A stretch of 62,770 nt of DNA, counting the filler, from Octopus bimaculoides (taxonomy: Eukaryota): assembly GCF_001194135.2 (NCBI RefSeq). It is 5 parts of 5 records of this genome, joined end to end, with 100 filler letters (N's around TTAATTAATTAA, not from the genome) between each part and the next. Parts side by side here need not be neighbours in the genome. Positions count along the whole stretch, not along the records: positions 31,825 to 46,493 come from NC_068982.1; positions 46,594 to 58,920 come from NC_068985.1; 3 more parts are not named here. One strand, 5' to 3'. Under the pieces are notes generated by a model. The model searched no databases, was not told the origin of the DNA, and worked only from the letters and a program-made list of their open reading frames with translations. This document shows positions 34,255-48,456 of this stretch, in pieces. The position numbers and the translations under genes are program-made. Within the stretch, counting starts at the first letter, position 1. The number at the start of each line of letters is the position of its first letter.

Positions 34255-35114
34255 GATTGGCCTGCAAGAGCCCTGTTCTGATGCCATGTAAAAATGCTCT
34301 TGTGCTGGCACCATGTAAGAGCACTTGTGTTGGTGCCTTGTAAAAAAGACCCAAGATCAAAGATATACCTGATATGGCCATCCAGTCATAACAAATCAAG
34401 TTTTCTGTGTTTTTGATACAGTAACATGTGGTGTAGTAGCAATTTGGTTGCTATTGTTAGTGGACTGAGTGACAGCATAGAGACCCCTTTCATTGAATTG
34501 TAGTAAATACAGGGTTCTGGAGCTGTGACCTGCTTCCATATTAGTAATCCCTATGTTTACTGGGAAGGGCTGACTGGGTACTTAAAAACAACTATATCAT
34601 CTCTTGTACTCTTTGAAAACATTATCTGGATTTAGTCTTGACAAGCACTGACCTGTTTAGGCAGCTTTGATTAAGAACCCATGTCACATCTTGTAATGGA
34701 GTTCTGAATAATATAACTAAATTTATCAGTGCAAATAATATATATTTCAAATTTGTTGTAAATCTCTTACATCTGCTAATAAATCACTACCAAAGGCTTA
34801 ACCATACATGTATATAGGAAACTTATAAAGTAAGCACAGTTTGTGTTGTAACATTGATATAATCTCTGGCAAGATCAGAAAATGGGACTAAAATATTTGA
34901 GTGGTACCATTACTTTAAAAATAATGATTTTGTTTTAGATGGATACAAAACCAGTGCTTTGAAGAGCAGGGCTAGAACTGACTGAAATACATGCATAGCT
35001 AATATTTATTTGATAGACTCCAGGAGGGATGAAAATCAAAATTAGCTCTAGCATGGACAGCGGACGTTAAACGATGATGATGATGATGATATATGTATAA
35101 ATATATATATATAA

Positions 35115-35653
<539 letters not shown>

Positions 35654-36819
35654 TCACCATTTTATCACATGATGTTTTTGGCCATATCAGAGACAGCATC
35701 CCGTAAGTTACCTTTACTTATACAGAAGTAAAACTCTTTTTCACTTCTTCTGTCTTCAGTGACTACAGGTGAGCTGTATCATTTCACACTTTCTTGGTAG
35801 TTTTTATCTGGCAATTTGTTTGTTTTGAAAGAATAGGCCATCTTAAACTGAATAAAAATCATTTACCATTTGCTAAATCCCTACATGTTTATTATTTGAT
35901 TTTACTCATTACTAATGACCATTTATCTACTTGCATACATTTGATTCTACAAATAAGAAAATATGATCACTTATTTCTATGCTTTTCATTAAATTTGTAG
36001 AACACAAAAAATATGTACCTACATTCTCACAAACACATTTACGAAAGTTTATTTTGATTGATGTAAATTTTGATCTTTCATATTTTAAACATATAGTCGC
36101 CTATATTTATTACTGAACTACAAAGAAAATTGTAGGTAGGACAAGGACTGAGAGAAAGAGGAAGTGGAAGAAGGAGGAAGTGAAGGGAGGAGGAGGGAAT
36201 GTTTTTAGAGAAGAAAAAGAAAAAGGGGTTACAAGAAGAGAGAACACTGCTTCACTGCAAGATGATACTTGAAGGTGTTTTGTGGTTCAATTGCAGGGCT
36301 TTCAAGTCAGCAGGTATGTACATATCCATGTGAAGGCATCTTGCGAAGAGTTCAGTTTTTAGAGTTCAAGCTAACGTTAGCAACGAGATTTCTTTTGGAA
36401 TTCGTGCTCTCTTGCAGTCAAAAACAGCACTTTTTGGTTCCGTTTCACCCTTCATCTAACTAGAGTCTTCCCAATATTTGTTGACATATAACACACACAC
36501 ACGCGATGTTGTTCTGAGTACATAAAAGTATCACAACGAGCATTAAACATTGATCTCTGTACATTACTATGTGTATTGCATCTAGTCAAAAATCATACTC
36601 ATTTGGTCACCCACACCAATCTAGAATGATAGAATAATTGAATTAGTAACATTTATTTCACAGAAGGAATGATAATACCAATAGTAAGATGTATTTACAT
36701 TTAAAACGTTTTTGATTCATTTTATAGTCATTTGACGAAACATATCTTTAGGTTTTATAATCTGGAAGAACAAGTTCTTTTACGCGTGAATTGTTTTTCA
36801 AAAAGGTTGAATATAGGCG

Positions 36820-37210
36820 CAAACATGGTTGCAGCCACTTTGTCACAGGTTCAATCCCACGTGTGAAACATTGGGCAAGTGTCTTCTGCTGTAGTTCCGA
36901 ACGAACCGATCAATGAAATGTGAGTGAATTTGGCAGAGAAAAACTGTGGAAAGTTGAGCACACACACACACACACACACACATTTGTGTGAGTCTGTGTG
37001 TGTCTTTGTGTTTGAGTTTGTCCTCCTTCAACCAGTTGACAATCGGTATTGATTTGCTTAGGTACCCGTAACCTAGCAGTTCGGCAAAAGTAGCTGAGAG
37101 AATAAGTACCAAATTAAAAAAAAAAAAAATAGTGCAGGAGATGATTTGTTCGACTGAACATTTCAAGGCCCCGGCATGGCCGCATTCCAATGACTAAAAC
37201 AAGGGAAAAG
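36820..37210 (+). mobile_element. tRNA-derived SINE in an SRCR gene intron
   Basis: B-box ggttcaatccc, ttgggcaagtgtcttct, central (CA)n/(TG)n, and tail ..ccggcatggccgca.tc.aatgact.aaacaag. Confidence 0.75.
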
Positions 37211-37372
37211 AAAAAAAACGAGAAAGAAAGAAAAGAGACTGTATTAAAGAAGAGTCAGAGTCTTAGGTTTGCTATTGAGTGATGCTTCAAGCTAAATTTA
37301 CTATCCAATGCCAATAACAGAATTTTAAAAAAATCTTTAGAAAAGTTAAATAGTATCAGTAAATACACTTAC

Positions 37373-37566
37373 AAACTGTTAGTTGGTTGTCAATTGCGGA
37401 TGTACAGCTTATCATTACATCTTGTTTATGAGTGCAATCGTGGGTACCAAGGGGACTATATTGGCAATCGAAAATAGTCTTTTCGTTCCCAACACATCGG
37501 ACATCATCCATCCAGATCTTTCCTTTGGCGACTTCGTAACTTTCAGCAGGAAGAATTTTCCCAGAT
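37373..37566 (-). CDS. SRCR gene exon 3: second half of SRCR domain 1
   Basis: Polypyrimidine tract with gaaAG acceptor and GTaagt donor. The 194 nt (phase 2 to 1) encode [64 protein letters not shown]. Confidence 0.93.
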
Positions 37567-39129
37567 CTTTCAAAAAACAAAAAAAATTCTACTTACGCAT
37601 GTGTATTCATATATACGTACATCACACACGTATATCAATATAACGTATGTATGTATGTATGTATGTATGTATGTATGTATGTATGTATGTATGTATGTGA
37701 AAAAGAAGAACGAAAATGCTACTTTTTAAAAAATTAGGTACATTTGAATTTCTTTATATAAATACATTAAAAGAAAAACGTTTGGATCTTTTTGGTTTGA
37801 CGGGCAACATTTTTCATTTATGTTTTATGTAGTGTTTTTGGTACCGAAACACTTTCAAACTTCGTATACTTGTATATTTTGTGTTATAGAACAGATAAAA
37901 ATGTTTGTATTTCTTTTTGAATCTCTAGTGAGCATAGGTAGATTTTGTACAATAGTGTTGTATGCCTCACTGTTTCTAGGGTTGTGGGTTGATATATACA
38001 GTAGTGTTTTGAGATGAGGCGTGGTGTTACGTTTTGTTGCCCTGAGTGTTTTAATATCTCATTGTTTAGCACGCTTAATTCCATCTTCTATAAGTGAGGG
38101 TGGATATTGTCTTTCAGTTAGTGTTGTTTCTGCAGAATTTCGAAATATTGTCTTTAATTTCATTGTGGTTAGATCTTCGTGGGGTTCGAGTAAATTTTAA
38201 TCCTTTAGCTAGTATACTGATTTTTGCTGTAGAGAGAATTTTTTATTGAATCGGAGATCAAAGATATTAGAAATAAAAATATAAAAGAGGACCTTGTTTT
38301 AAAACTAAAATTAAAATTCTTTCTGTCTACATGCGTGTTCCTTTATTCTATATTAAATACGGCATAGTGTACATAAAATGATTTGACCTTTGTACTCTTT
38401 TGATATAAGATCTTGTGTAAGAAAAAATTTCAAGGATATCTGGCCACTAAAAGCCTTTAAAAGTTTTTCATTATTCTTTCAAAGCGTTAGAAAAAGTTGA
38501 TCTATTTTCTGAATGACAAAGAATATGAAAAGCACGCACTAGTAGAACACACACGCACGCAGATACCTACATGCTTGCATGTATGCATGCATGCATACAT
38601 ACATATTTAAAATAGTTAAGAAAAATTATATTAATGTATTTTTCTGTTGAAGTTCCATATTTTTACATCTGAAGATAGCGCAATATTTAAATTGATGTAA
38701 TGATTGCATTGTTCAATTAAACGGAGCCGCTTGAAATGGTCGTACTGTGTTACTACTTGAAATCTGTTACTTATTTTGATTTTATTCACCTTACTTCGAG
38801 CTGTGTGGATAACACCGGACTGACTTGGTGCTTCAATTTAGGTACCTAATTCAACTGAATCGTAATTTCTACATACATACATACATACAAATAATACTTT
38901 GGTACAAATACATGCGCATGAACACATACACATATGCGCGTGCACCTACATATACTGTATGACAAATTATTATTTACTTAATAAATCGTCTGAATGCAAC
39001 ATCAAGCGTTTTTAGAATTCTTTTTATATTTTTTGTTAATATTTTACTGGAATAACAGAAATTTACTGAAAGGAAATTCATTTGAGAAAGTCACACAAAG
39101 TAAAATTCTTATGAAACCGTCGCACTTAC

Positions 39130-39274
39130 TTGTAGTTGAGTGATTTGCATACAACATAAGCATTTGTGTTGTCAAAGCCGTCGTCGCATATTGAACCCCA
39201 AGAATTGTTGTGAAATATCTCCACTCGGCCTTTGATGGTGTTTAAACCATTTGTCTCAAATGGAACGATTTTAA
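39130..39274 (-). CDS. SRCR gene exon 2: first half of SRCR domain 1
   Basis: ttttattccAG acceptor and GTaagt donor. The 145 nt (phase 1 to 2) encode KIVPFETNGLNTIKGRVEIFHNNSWGSICDDGFDNTNAYVVCKSLNY. Confidence 0.93.
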
Positions 39275-40954
39275 CTGGAATAAAAGATGTGTGAAGATTG
39301 GAATTAATCAATAGCTATAACAATGTACTATGTACATAAGCTTATTATTGTAGTAGGTTGCGGACAGCAAGCCATCCTCACAATTATGAGTCTCATTAGA
39401 CTCTCATATAGCTTTATTTATCTTTAGCGTGATCTCTGGATTTAATCTAAGATTTTGCGTATGTTCTGTAACGTCCAGAAAACGTTGCTTTATGTCAAAC
39501 ATTAACAAAAATAATCATCCATTTTATTCCACAACACTAAGCCGCTTTGTTGAGTAGTTGTGTATTCACAGCACTTTTGTATGTTACAGATTATAAGGAG
39601 GGTTTGAACTTAATTAGAGAGCCCGTGTAATAAAACTACTCAAGAGATTAGAAATCGCGAAATTTACTTTGTGATAGATAATGTATTCACAATATGGATT
39701 ATAGCCCTCAAAGTTTTAGCATGAAGAATAGATATGTCTCTGTATGCATGATACATGATGTCATATGTTGGGAGGTGTAATGTCTTATTTCATGGTGATG
39801 CCAGTTTGAAACTTTCATACTAATAACTCAATCAACTATTATAAGAAGAAGTAGTTGCGTGAATGTGTACATAGCTAAAAGGAAGAATATTAGATCTAAT
39901 TGCTTCCTAACATTGTTGACATTGTTGACTTCTGAGAGGATGCGTGATGCAGCAATTGTAGTAATATGAACAATATGACAACGAAGTTCAAATGCTTAGT
40001 TTTCCAACCGAATCAACTACAATAAAATGTCAGTACCAAGGAAGAGTTTAAATTCAGAATGAAGAGGATATAACTAAATATAATACTTTTTGTTAGATCC
40101 TCTGTAGTCTCAACAATGTCTACAATCATTAATGATAATTGTAAGGATTTCTAACATTAGCATAGGACTACACATCTTTGAACGAGATGTAGTCGACTTA
40201 ATTAGCTCAGACAATGAAGCGCAAATATCAGCATCACCAGGTTTTGAGAGCAGACGTTAATGAAGGTAGCCACACGTTACAAAGTGTTTAATCCATTGTC
40301 TTATCGTTTCTTTCATTCCGTTCTCCCCACAATTTGCAACATGGGCAAACGACTACACATTTTGGGATGGGGGTCGAGTCGAGTAAGATGAAATGAGTAA
40401 GTGATTAATGCTTATGCCATTATGCTTATGCTTATGCTATTGGATGGAATTTAAGTTCAGAAATGAAAGACAACACTTGGGTATTTTTTGGTACTCTACT
40501 AAATCTACCACCACTACCTTTACCTATAAGTATGATAAAGGTAAAATAATTTCGAACGAGAATGAGATGCATGTTAATACTAACTAGAGCCTTTCAGATT
40601 ACAGTTAAATTTTGTTCCATGTTTTTCTTAACGATCTTTCACGAAGGTACAAGGCTGTAAATTTGTGGAAGAGTGAGAATGTGACTTATCCATACTTGTC
40701 TTTAATAGCATTGAAGCGTAATGGAAAATAGATTTGCATTAAAAAAGCAGCAAAATCTGCTCATATACTTTGTTCACCTGATGCGTATCCTTTTATCTAT
40801 GGCACATGTAATTACATTATTAAAAAAAAGATTATATATCAGAATTAGAGTAGATGTCAGTTTGGTTTTAGCATCACACAGTCGGATGCTCAATTCTAGT
40901 CAAAGTCAACTTTACCCTTCATTCATCGGAGATCGACGAAATAAAACTTGGTTA

Positions 40955-41001
<47 letters not shown>

Positions 41002-41400
41002 CTTGCCAGCTTAAGAGTTTGGGATGCTGCAGGTATTTTTCCAATTGAATATGTCGCTTATCAACATATGGTTTTGATTAAGTCACGGCATCGCCTTAAC
41101 ACTGTGATCTATTCATCTAGTATCCCCATTCTCACCGCACATTTACCTGTACGTTCTCACCGAACACACTTACAAGGGGATTCGGTTACTAATGAGTGAT
41201 GTGTCTTTGTACTAGACATAGCCCAGTGTTGGAGACAGCCCAGTATATCAAAAATAAGTTCACCAAGATAAGTAAGAATCATCTATTCATAACACTGAAC
41301 TAGTTTTTCTTTTTGTCTTCCTTTTTAAAAAATTACAATCACACTTTAAAGATGGGGGATTATTTTATTTTAATGTAGTAGAAACAAATTTGTTCCTTAC

Positions 41401-41476
41401 CGTTTGTGACTTGGCAGTTGTCACGTTTGAATAAGAATAACAGCAGCGTGCACAAGAGACAAATGTTTTTTTTCAT
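41401..41476 (-). CDS. SRCR gene first coding exon: signal peptide
   Basis: ATG at 41476 with A at -3 and an in-frame upstream TGA. Encodes MKKNICLLCTLLLFLFKRDNCQVTN (basic n-region, hydrophobic core). The GTaagg donor is phase 1 and joins exon 2 in frame. A possible 5'-UTR acceptor lies at 41559-60. Confidence 0.8.
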
Positions 41477-42071
41477 ATTGCACTGCTTCCAAGCAGAGTA
41501 ACAGGTAACCCTGCAGATGCTGTTCTTCCACTCTCTTCACTCGGACTTTATGTGAAATCTGCATTACATATGAACATATATTTTGATATGAATGTTTTAA
41601 AGACATGTTTTAGATATTTAAAGGTAAAGGATATTTAAAGGAAGAGAATTNNNNNNNNNNNNNNNNNNNNNNNNNNNNNNNNNNNNNNNNNNNNNNNNNN
41701 NNNNNNNNNNNNNNNNNNNNNNNNNNNNNNNNNNNNNNNNNNNNNNNNNNAAATACAAACTTTGCTAAATCTTGTGCTTACATGTTTTTACCATTGATAA
41801 GCAAAACACTATCAAAACTAATCTGGTGTTTGAATAAATCTATTACAAAATTTCAATTTAAAAGCCTTGCACGTTTTGAGCTTCAGGTGCATTTTCACCG
41901 AGGCTACTTGGCTTTATGAAATTTTCGCTCCTTCGGGACGGAATCTGTGTTTTATTTTGTAGCTTTGACTCACTTTTTTGGCAAAAAGTCAAAGGAGTGA
42001 GACCAGATGCTGGAAGAGCAGTTTCAACGCTGTCTTTCCATCTTTAAAATAATGCACCATCACCACCACCA

Positions 42072-42285
42072 CTGCGAGCTGGCAGAATCGTTAACACGCC
42101 GGACCAAATGCTTAGCGGTATTTCGCCCACCGCTACATTCTGTGTTCAAATTCCACCGGGGTCGACCTTGCCTTTCATCCTTTCGGGGTTGATAAATTAC
42201 GTACCAGTTACATACTAGGGTCGATATAATCGGCTAGCACCCTCCCCCTAAAATTTCAAGGCCTTGTGCCTAGAGTAGAAATAAT
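42072..42285 (+). mobile_element. Second SINE family, near full copy
   Basis: gcgagctggcagaatcgttaacacgccgg..aaatgcttagcggtat..gttcaaattcc..gtcgac.ttgcctttcatcc..aaattt.aggcctt. Partial copies at 45930-46080, 59620-59800, 30676-30720 and 43829-43870. Confidence 0.75.
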
Positions 42286-42319
42286 AATAATAATAATCAT
42301 TATTATTATTTCTCTCAAC

Positions 42320-43830
42320 ACTTTCGGGCCAACATAGCAGATATCAGAGTGGGTTGCATAAATGGGCGCGGCCTGAGATCACCCTTGAAGCAAGGCCACA
42401 TCCTTAATAGATGTGATAGCAACCAGTGAAACCAGAATCTTTGACACACGTGATTTAGCCCCCAATTTCGATGATTTTGAGATCTACGCATCTCTTAGTC
42501 AGCCTGGAATGAGAGGCAGGGTGACAGTGCTGTTTAGGAAAGGTGTGGATCTCGTGGTTCGGACAATCTTCCTGGGCCCGGAGGAGGTGGTCCTGGATGT
42601 GAGTAACAGCGAAAGTGGTGCCTTTAGACTAGTCGCTGTATACGCTCCGACAGGGGCGGGGTTGCCAGATTTCTTCAGACGATTGGAGGTTTTCCTTGGG
42701 ACGTCACGCTCTTTAATACTAGTGGGCGACTGGAACGCCATCTTGGACGCACGTCTGGATAGGGTGGGACTAGCTGATAGGAGAGGGGGAGTAAAAGCTC
42801 CACAAACCAACTCAGTCACTTCCAGTTGGCTGATAAGTACTGACTGGATTTCTCGGATGCGCCAATGTGGACCTGGGCAAACCGCATCGGATCTTACAGA
42901 TCATATCTAGAAATAGTACTTTGTAGGCTTGTAGATAGACATAGTGTAAGTTGTCTATAGTTCAAAGTCGTTGGCTACACGAACAACAAATTTGTGATTT
43001 GTACGGTCAACAGAGATAGGATCCATACACAGGGCCCCGGATACTGGAATCCTTCCCGGCGCGCCAATCTTTCAGAGACCGGGTTAGCAAGTTAACCTAT
43101 CGGAAGTTGTCGAAACAACCGATGGTTGATAGCTCTGAAAAGGGCTATTAGAGTAGAGGCGGTAGAGTTTAGTAAGGAAATAGCGTTAGAGGTATCTTGG
43201 ACGGCTGATGTGCTGGCGGCGATATTGTCTCTTGATTTCTTCAATGCCAAGAACGAAGGTTGCGTTATCAGAGCTTGTGCGCGTGCACTGAAACAGGAGG
43301 AGACGAAAGCCGTTCGATGAGCCCGGGTGACGGAGGCGTTACGTGGAAACAAAGCTACAATTCGGTCTTTGAGGAGCAGTGATGAGTACATGATATCCGA
43401 GTCCAAGTAGACGTGCGCAGGATTTCAGCGGCACTTTGCTGAACTGTACGGGGCGCACGGTGTGTCGGGGACAGTGATGGATGTCACCTTCTGTCACAGT
43501 GACAATTCCGCATCCCTTCAGCCAGGGATGCGGAATTGTACGAAATACCGAAAACAGCCGAAGATATACGGGACGTGATGACTAACTGCGTAAGAGAGAA
43601 GTCTCCAGGGTTGGATGGTTTGCCCTTCGAGCTTTATTTTCATACGCCAGATTTCTTCAGTGATCTCTTGGCAGATGTCTACAACTAGCAGCAGAACGGG
43701 AGAATTTCCAGTGCTGTGAGCCGTGGATCGGTGATGTTGTTGGGAAAGGACCCGAACAAGGGGAACCAAATTAAATTTTTTTTAGGCCTATAACTCTGTT
43801 GAATGCAGATTATAAGATTTTTGCTAAGCA
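42320..43830 (+). mobile_element. Decayed Tx1/L1-clade LINE fragment (APE to RT N-terminus)
   Basis: IRVGCINGRGL, IATSETR, FRLVAVYAP, LILVGDWNAILDARLD, GPGYW, KSPGLDGLP.ELY, FRPITLLNADYKIFAK. Confidence 0.88.
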
Positions 43831-43874
43831 TTTCACCCGGCGTGCTAACGTTCCTGCCAGCTCACCACCTTCCA

Positions 43875-44800
43875 CGAGACAATAAATTGACGCTGAGATA
43901 CTCTTCAATGCTATACGGAGAAAGAAGTGTTTTGATTGCTATACCAAAGGCCCACCACGGCCAAAAAGAATCCAAACCTTTAAAAATAAAGAATATTAAT
44001 GGAGCAATCCAATAAAAACAGCATCCAACCCGTTGTAAGCACAACAATCCAGATATAGCTGTAGGCATAACAACAGATTCCTGCCCCACCCTCCGACTTT
44101 GGATGATCATAACTTTCAGAAAAAGGGATATTTTTTAATGAAATGTTCTACAAATATACCTCGGACTATCTACAGATGCACAAACGCACAAAACGGAGAA
44201 AATGAAACAAATATGAACGACTTGTTTCGAAACACCCCCGAGTGGGGAACGGTCCTCAAAAGTATCCCAAATTGTTTACCCCGCCCAAGTTCCTATGTTC
44301 TCGGAATCTACATAGTCTGAGGTATATTTGTAGAAAATTTCATTAAAAAATATCCATTTTCTTGGAAGTTAAGACGAATTGAAGTGGACGCCGGTGAATT
44401 TTCCGAAATTCCTCACCTCATCCCCTCCAGAAACACTTTCCCCTCAAAAGTTTTGTATATTCGGAATCTGCATGATATAACACATATTTGTAGAAAATTT
44501 CATTCAAAAATATCCATTTTTCTGAAAGTTATGATCATCCAAAGTCGGCGTGGGGGACAGGAATCTGTAGTTATGCCATAGTTGTATGGGTCAAGGAACA
44601 AGAGCTGTGCACCATTATAGAGATCAGTTGTCCCGCTGATGAGAATGTCTCTTCAGAAGTTTGAAGAGTAGAACATCTAAAGAGAACTGATGACAAATCT
44701 ACAACTCTAATACCTAGGCAATAAATTTTTACTTGTTTCTGTTAAAATAGGTTCACTTGGCTAAGTAAGAAAAACAATTGCATAGAAGTCTAAAAATATT
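43875..44800 (+). mobile_element. C-terminal restriction-like endonuclease fragment of an R4/Dong-like non-LTR element, interrupted by a MITE
   Basis: ..EY*WSNPIKTA..CKHNNPD[MITE]IVVWVKEQELCTIIEISCPADENV..IGSLG, which contains the PD..E/D..K-type RLE motif. Confidence 0.7.
44064..44577. mobile_element. Mutator(MULE)-type MITE, 514 bp
   Basis: TIRs of about 95 bp beginning GGCATAAC. The 9-bp TSD is atagctgta (44055-63) versus atagttgta (44578-86), one mismatch. Confidence 0.88.
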
Positions 44801-45661
44801 TGTGTTCTCCCCAAAAGAACCAAACAAACTGATTCGCATTCTCCAGATATAATTGATCAGAGGAACAGTATAGATTTGTAAAACATTTCAGTGATTCTCC
44901 ATCTAGGGGTTCCTTGATGAACATATGCACATAATCCTTACACACACACACTATATAGTAACGAAACATACAAACTTGTTCTGTTGTGACGCGCTCACAA
45001 CACACAAAGGCGCGTGCACAATTTTAATATCCAGATATCAATCATTCCAGGTAACCACAAACCCCAGGCGCTGTCTTGATATAAACGAAAGAGCCTCGCC
45101 ACTGTGAAATACTGTATACTAGACGTGTTTGCAAAATAAGGGAAATAAAAATGAGCGAAAAAAAGCAACAAAAACAAGTAATCGAGTATTTTATGCTCTT
45201 GGTTAAACATAATACCTTTTCTGAAAGGTGATGGATGGCAGTAAAGTTAGAGCCCAGGACAAAATACCTTGTAGTTGTTAAGTACGTTAGTTATGTTCTT
45301 TTAAGCTAAGAGGTGCGTTAAGTACCTTTCCTTGTAGAAAAAAAATGATAACAATATAGCTTCTTGTAACTCGACCCAAATCTTGTAGTTTTTAAAGAAA
45401 GACGGTTTTTTGTGATATTCATACTTTGTCAATGGCGAAACGTCTATCCGAAATCAAAACTTTCTCTCTAGGAGTTTACCGTATTTTTTGGCAAAGGAGC
45501 AGAGGCATATTTGACGCACCTCATTTTCAACAGCACATATTTCAGAGAAAACAGATTTTAGTGCATTAAAGTATATAACATTTTAAGCAAACTAGCAGAG
45601 TAATACATTACAAAATATTAAGAGAACCTTAGCTAGAGCCAAAAATATTACTGCATGTTAA

Positions 45662-45885
45662 CCCTTTAGTATTTAAATCGGCCATATCCGGCCCAAATAT
45701 TCTTCTTGTTTTATGTTCAAACTGGCCAGATCCAGCCTCTCACACGTACCCTTTAATATCATTCTAAAAATAAACAATCACATCTTCGAAATCTCAAAGC
45801 TATGAGATAATACAGGGTTTATAAAATGTGAATATATAATTATTACATTTGTATTAATTATATTAATCTGAATGCTAAAAACTAA
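45662..45885. mobile_element. piggyBac-type MITE remnant
   Basis: Left end is ttaa|ccctttag. The right end is degraded (..aatctgaatgctaaa..). Confidence 0.45.
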
Positions 45886-46729
45886 ATATTATTATTATAA
45901 GCATAAAGAAACCAAGTTGGACAAAATATTTAGCGGCATTGCTTCCGGTTTTACGTTCTGGGTTCAAATCTCCGCGCAGTCGACTTTGCCTTTCATCATT
46001 TTGGGGTCAATAAAATAAAGTACCGGTCAAATCATACTCCCTTACCCCAAATTTTAGGCTTTATACCTATATTAGAAAGGATTATTACGGAGTTAGCTTA
46101 GTTAGAGGAGACCGTTCGGATCAAAGTCTGCCTGCTCATACCAGTGAGCATTAGGGACAAAATTAAGTTATGGGAGGCTCAACTTCGCATATAGGACCCG
46201 AAGTGATTTTTTTTTTTTTAGATAATTTCATGGGGGGAAAATGTGTCGTATATGCCATCAAATATAATAACTCTTGTTCTCCAGTATTCGCTGCTACTTT
46301 GAACTAAGTGTTATGTAATGCATCAGAAATTTAAAATAATGTCATCTACTTCTGAGATTTCTTAACTCTTAATACTGAATAATTCTGTTGGCCTTAGAAC
46401 AAGGTTTTTTTTTATCTGTTGTCGATGCACACGTGAGCGTTCTGATAGTGCATTACCTGTCTGGCCAACAGTTCTTCACAATTTGGGCATTTGNNNNNNN
46501 NNNNNNNNNNNNNNNNNNNNNNNNNNNNNNNNNNNNNTTAATTAATTAANNNNNNNNNNNNNNNNNNNNNNNNNNNNNNNNNNNNNNNNNNNNATACATG
46601 TTTTACCTGTGAATTTGCGTGTGTAAACTGGGAATACATACAACGAGTTTCTCTGCCCTAGGTGTACGGAAAACACTCGGCGAGAAATGGAAGAAAATTT
46701 GAAGAAAGAAGAAACAAAACAACAACAAC

Positions 46730-46730
<1 letters not shown>

Positions 46731-46797
<67 letters not shown>
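46731..46797. repeat. (AAT)n microsatellite
   Basis: Perfect trinucleotide run. Confidence 0.97.
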
Positions 46798-46798
<1 letters not shown>

Positions 46799-47952
46799 CT
46801 GGACAGACCATGGTCTGGTGCGCGCAAAGTGCCAGATGATGATTAGAGTGAAAGAGAGAAGAGAGCCACTTGGCACTGCTCGGCGTCTAAATGTACACAA
46901 GATATATGATGCTGTGTTCTGGAAAGATCTTCAGAATCGCTTGTCCAGCATTGAAAATATTGCAGCAAGGGCAGATTTTCGAGACCGGCTTCTTCAATGT
47001 GCTGCTGAAACACTAGGATATACTACTGCCAGACGCAGAGACTGGTCTGATGAAAACGATGCTGAAGTTCAGCAACTATTGGCTGTAAAGCACCATGCTC
47101 ACAATGTATTGCTGCACAGAGGACTTTCAGATGTGGAGCGAAATCTAGCACTTGCTCACTATAGCAATGTAAAATCATTATTACAGCGATCTCTCAAGAA
47201 GAAGCAGAACGTTTGGTGGGAGGATCTCGCTCGTGATGTTCAGGCTACTGCTAATGCAAATGTCAGCAAAAAGTTTTACCATCTTATGAAGCAAGTTTAT
47301 GGGCGTTAGAGCTGCACATCAGCTCCTTTGCTTTCCAAGGAGTATTCTACTCTATTTATTAAATCAACAGATATCACAGGTCGCTGGATTGAACATTTCT
47401 CTGAACTCCTAAACCATGAGTCAGTTGTGGATGAAACAGTGATTGGTACTATGCAACAAAGACCTATCATTGGCTCCTTAAATTCCACGACCGTCATAGA
47501 TGTAATGACATCAAAAAGTAAATTGAATCTTAGTAGGACACCAGGAAATGATGGAGTTTGTGCTGAGGTCTTGTGATTTGGTGGTGATTACATCATACAG
47601 TCCCTTCATGAACTTATTAGTGCAGTCTGGAGGGATGGTACAATGCCTAAGAATTGGAAGAACGTAATTATTCTTCCTCTGTATAAGGGGTAAGGAGCCA
47701 GAATAATGTGTGGTAACTACAGAGGTATTGATCTGCTATCAGCTGCTGGCAAGGTTCTGGCAAATATACGTCTTACCCGCCTGAATGGGTGTCTCGTAAA
47801 TGATGTCTTATCTGAATCCCAATTTGGCTTCCGATTTGGTAGACAAACAATGGATATGATTCTAACAGCAAGGCAGATGCAGGGGAAGTGCTATGAGCAA
47901 AATATAGATCTTGTCCAGGTATTCATTGATTTAACGAAGGCCTTTGATACTG
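46798..47952 (+). mobile_element. Decayed RTE-clade LINE fragment (APE end to RT domain 2)
   Basis: WTDH.LVRAK, RDWSDENDAEVQQLL, RWIEHFSELLN, PGNDG..AE, NYRGIDLLSAAGKV, ESQFGFR.GR.T.DMI..ARQMQ.KC.EQ, FIDLTKAFDT. Confidence 0.9.
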
Positions 47953-48119
47953 GGAATTTTCTTATAATTATCAAAGAATGTATATATGTATTTTAATACT
48001 TTTGTGACAACCAGTACTTAACACAACAAAGCTTATACAAAGCTTTACATTTTACTTTTGACAATATTTTCCTAAATAAGTGAAACCGGTCAAGTGAATA
48101 AACACCTTTAAAATTCCAT

Positions 48120-48131
48120 TTTCAAACCTTC

Positions 48132-48168
<37 letters not shown>

Positions 48169-48416
48169 TATNNNNNNNNNNNNNNNNNNNNNNNNNNNNN
48201 NNNNNNNNNNNNNNNNNNNNNNNNNNNNNNNNNNNNNATATATATATATATATATATATACAGATATATATATATATGTATATGGATATATATATGCACA
48301 CACACACACATACGTGTATGTGTATATCTATTTAATGTGAGTATGTATATGTACATATATATAACCATTACAGATACATATATATATATATAGAGAGAGA
48401 GAGATAGATAGATAGT

Positions 48417-48456
<40 letters not shown>

